Assembly: GCA_964035545.1 (NCBI GenBank)
Contig: OZ037772.1
Coordinates: 9,417,150 to 9,481,149 of the forward strand
Length of the DNA: 64,000 nt
Reading direction: 5' to 3'
Source: Bugula neritina
Lineage: Eukaryota > Animalia > Bryozoa
Shown: piece after piece, positions 62,903-64,000 of the stretch
Position numbering within the stretch: position 1 is the first letter of the stretch
Layout: each line of letters opens with the position of its first letter
Notes under the pieces: model-generated
Told to the model about the DNA's origin: nothing
What the model saw: only the letters and a program-made list of their open reading frames with translations
Databases searched by the model: none
Program-made: the position numbers and the translations under genes

Positions 62903-63940
62903 CACACAAAGATATGCACGCAGATCTACACTTTTGCTTCACCAAACACACACAAAGCACAAACATTCAAACTTATGCTGAAGATATGGTGAATCGGGGA
63001 AGATTTTTGTAAGTAGAAAAGTTGGTTATAATAATTATGCTACTTCAATTGTAATTTATTAGTTAAGAATAAATTGATGACTTACCATTAACTATAGTAA
63101 AAGCAGAAGAATTGATGGCTTCAGACCCTGAAGATGATGAAGTAGAACAAGTGGCATCTGCTTGTTCATTAGATGTTTGATCCTGCCTAGTAGAAGATGA
63201 GGTCTGTGAATAAGTCGGTTCTGTAAAATATCCAGGCATAGTAGAGTGGCTCTGGTTTACTACAGAGGTATATTGACTCTCATAATACTGGAAATTATGT
63301 GCTTGTCTGTCTGTCTGAAAGTTTGGTGGATGAGCATTATGGGTATAGGTTGGTAGAGTGGATGTCTGTAGTCTTTGAAAGTAATAGTTCTGGTGCATGT
63401 TCAGTAAATTCAATTGAAATGGTACCATAAATATATCAGGTGAAAACAAATTACTAAAGTTTCTTGAAGAAGCATTGTCCCTTACAACAGATTGAAGGTT
63501 TTCATTTGATGAAAGTGTCTGTTGATCTAATACTTGATTAATCTGGCTAAAGTTGGGTGAACTTCTAACATTCTGTTCCACAGAGGCTGCAGAAGGAGTA
63601 ACATGGCTTCTATGTCTTGGAGAATTGCCAACAAGTTGCATATTTCCGGCTCTTCTGCTCGTTTGTGAAATTTGTGACTGAATATGTTCTTCATAGGTTG
63701 GTAAGTGTGAACCATGTAAGAGACAATAATATTCAGACCATGTAGTAGTATTGTCTCTATCAGAACCTTGAATATTTACTCTTTCTGTGTTTCTCGGTTG
63801 AGATGACGAAGAAATCTCCTGGGAACCAGATGGTAGCTGGGATCTGTTTGTTGCTATTGACAGATCTAAAGGAAGTTCAGTGTTTTCTACATTCTCCACA
63901 TTTTCTTGTCTTGGATTTAGCGCTATAATGTCTTTATTTT
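62463..63940 (-). CDS. ZF array unit 11 (5' end outside the window; PLDLS; C2H2 + C2HC fingers)
   Basis: Large exon ~63940-63086 with PLDLS at 63858-63872; finger exon FRCLQCRFETPNKRFIKTHIATH...CRICDYRTKKKCDYDTHTKSC...KPY*. Confidence 0.83.
62750..62907. repeat. (CCCA/CTCA)n + (CA)n microsatellite
   Basis: Direct reading; last intron of unit 11. Confidence 0.9.
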
Positions 63941-64000
63941 CTAAAAAAAAGAGAACAAAAAATGTTGTTCAAGCTTATAGATATACCAACACCAAAACAT

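Overview
AT-rich, intron-containing eukaryotic DNA, most consistent with an invertebrate animal; the species cannot be determined from the sequence. In order: (1) 1-2707, minus strand: a spliced TRIM/RBCC gene (RING, two B-boxes, coiled coil) that runs off the left edge. (2) 7632-17824: a ~10.2-kb segment bounded by 30-bp imperfect terminal inverted repeats. It has no visible transposase but contains multiply duplicated exon cassettes and a possible tail-anchored protein. (3) 19263-64000: a head-to-tail array of at least 11 paralogous minus-strand genes. Each has a 'MADxxS' start micro-exon (off-window for the last unit), a long S/T/Q/N-rich disordered region and a C-terminal pair of C2H2/C2HC zinc fingers. 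Several carry 1-3 PLDLS (CtBP-type) motifs multiplied by exon duplication. The finger recognition helices are hypervariable, N-terminal and finger modules have been swapped between paralogs, and most copies keep a decayed third finger after a shared stop. Embedded in the array are a 5'-truncated Penelope-like retroelement with an inverted pseudo-LTR and two minimal hammerhead ribozymes, a separate ~270-bp hammerhead-bearing element between (TA)n tracts, an intact Sola-type DNA transposon, and tRNA-derived SINEs. The leading candidate for an undescribed system is the zinc-finger/PLDLS array, which may be a lineage-specific, fast-evolving repressor family analogous to KRAB-ZNFs (inference). Exon boundaries were read by hand; those marked ~ are approximate.
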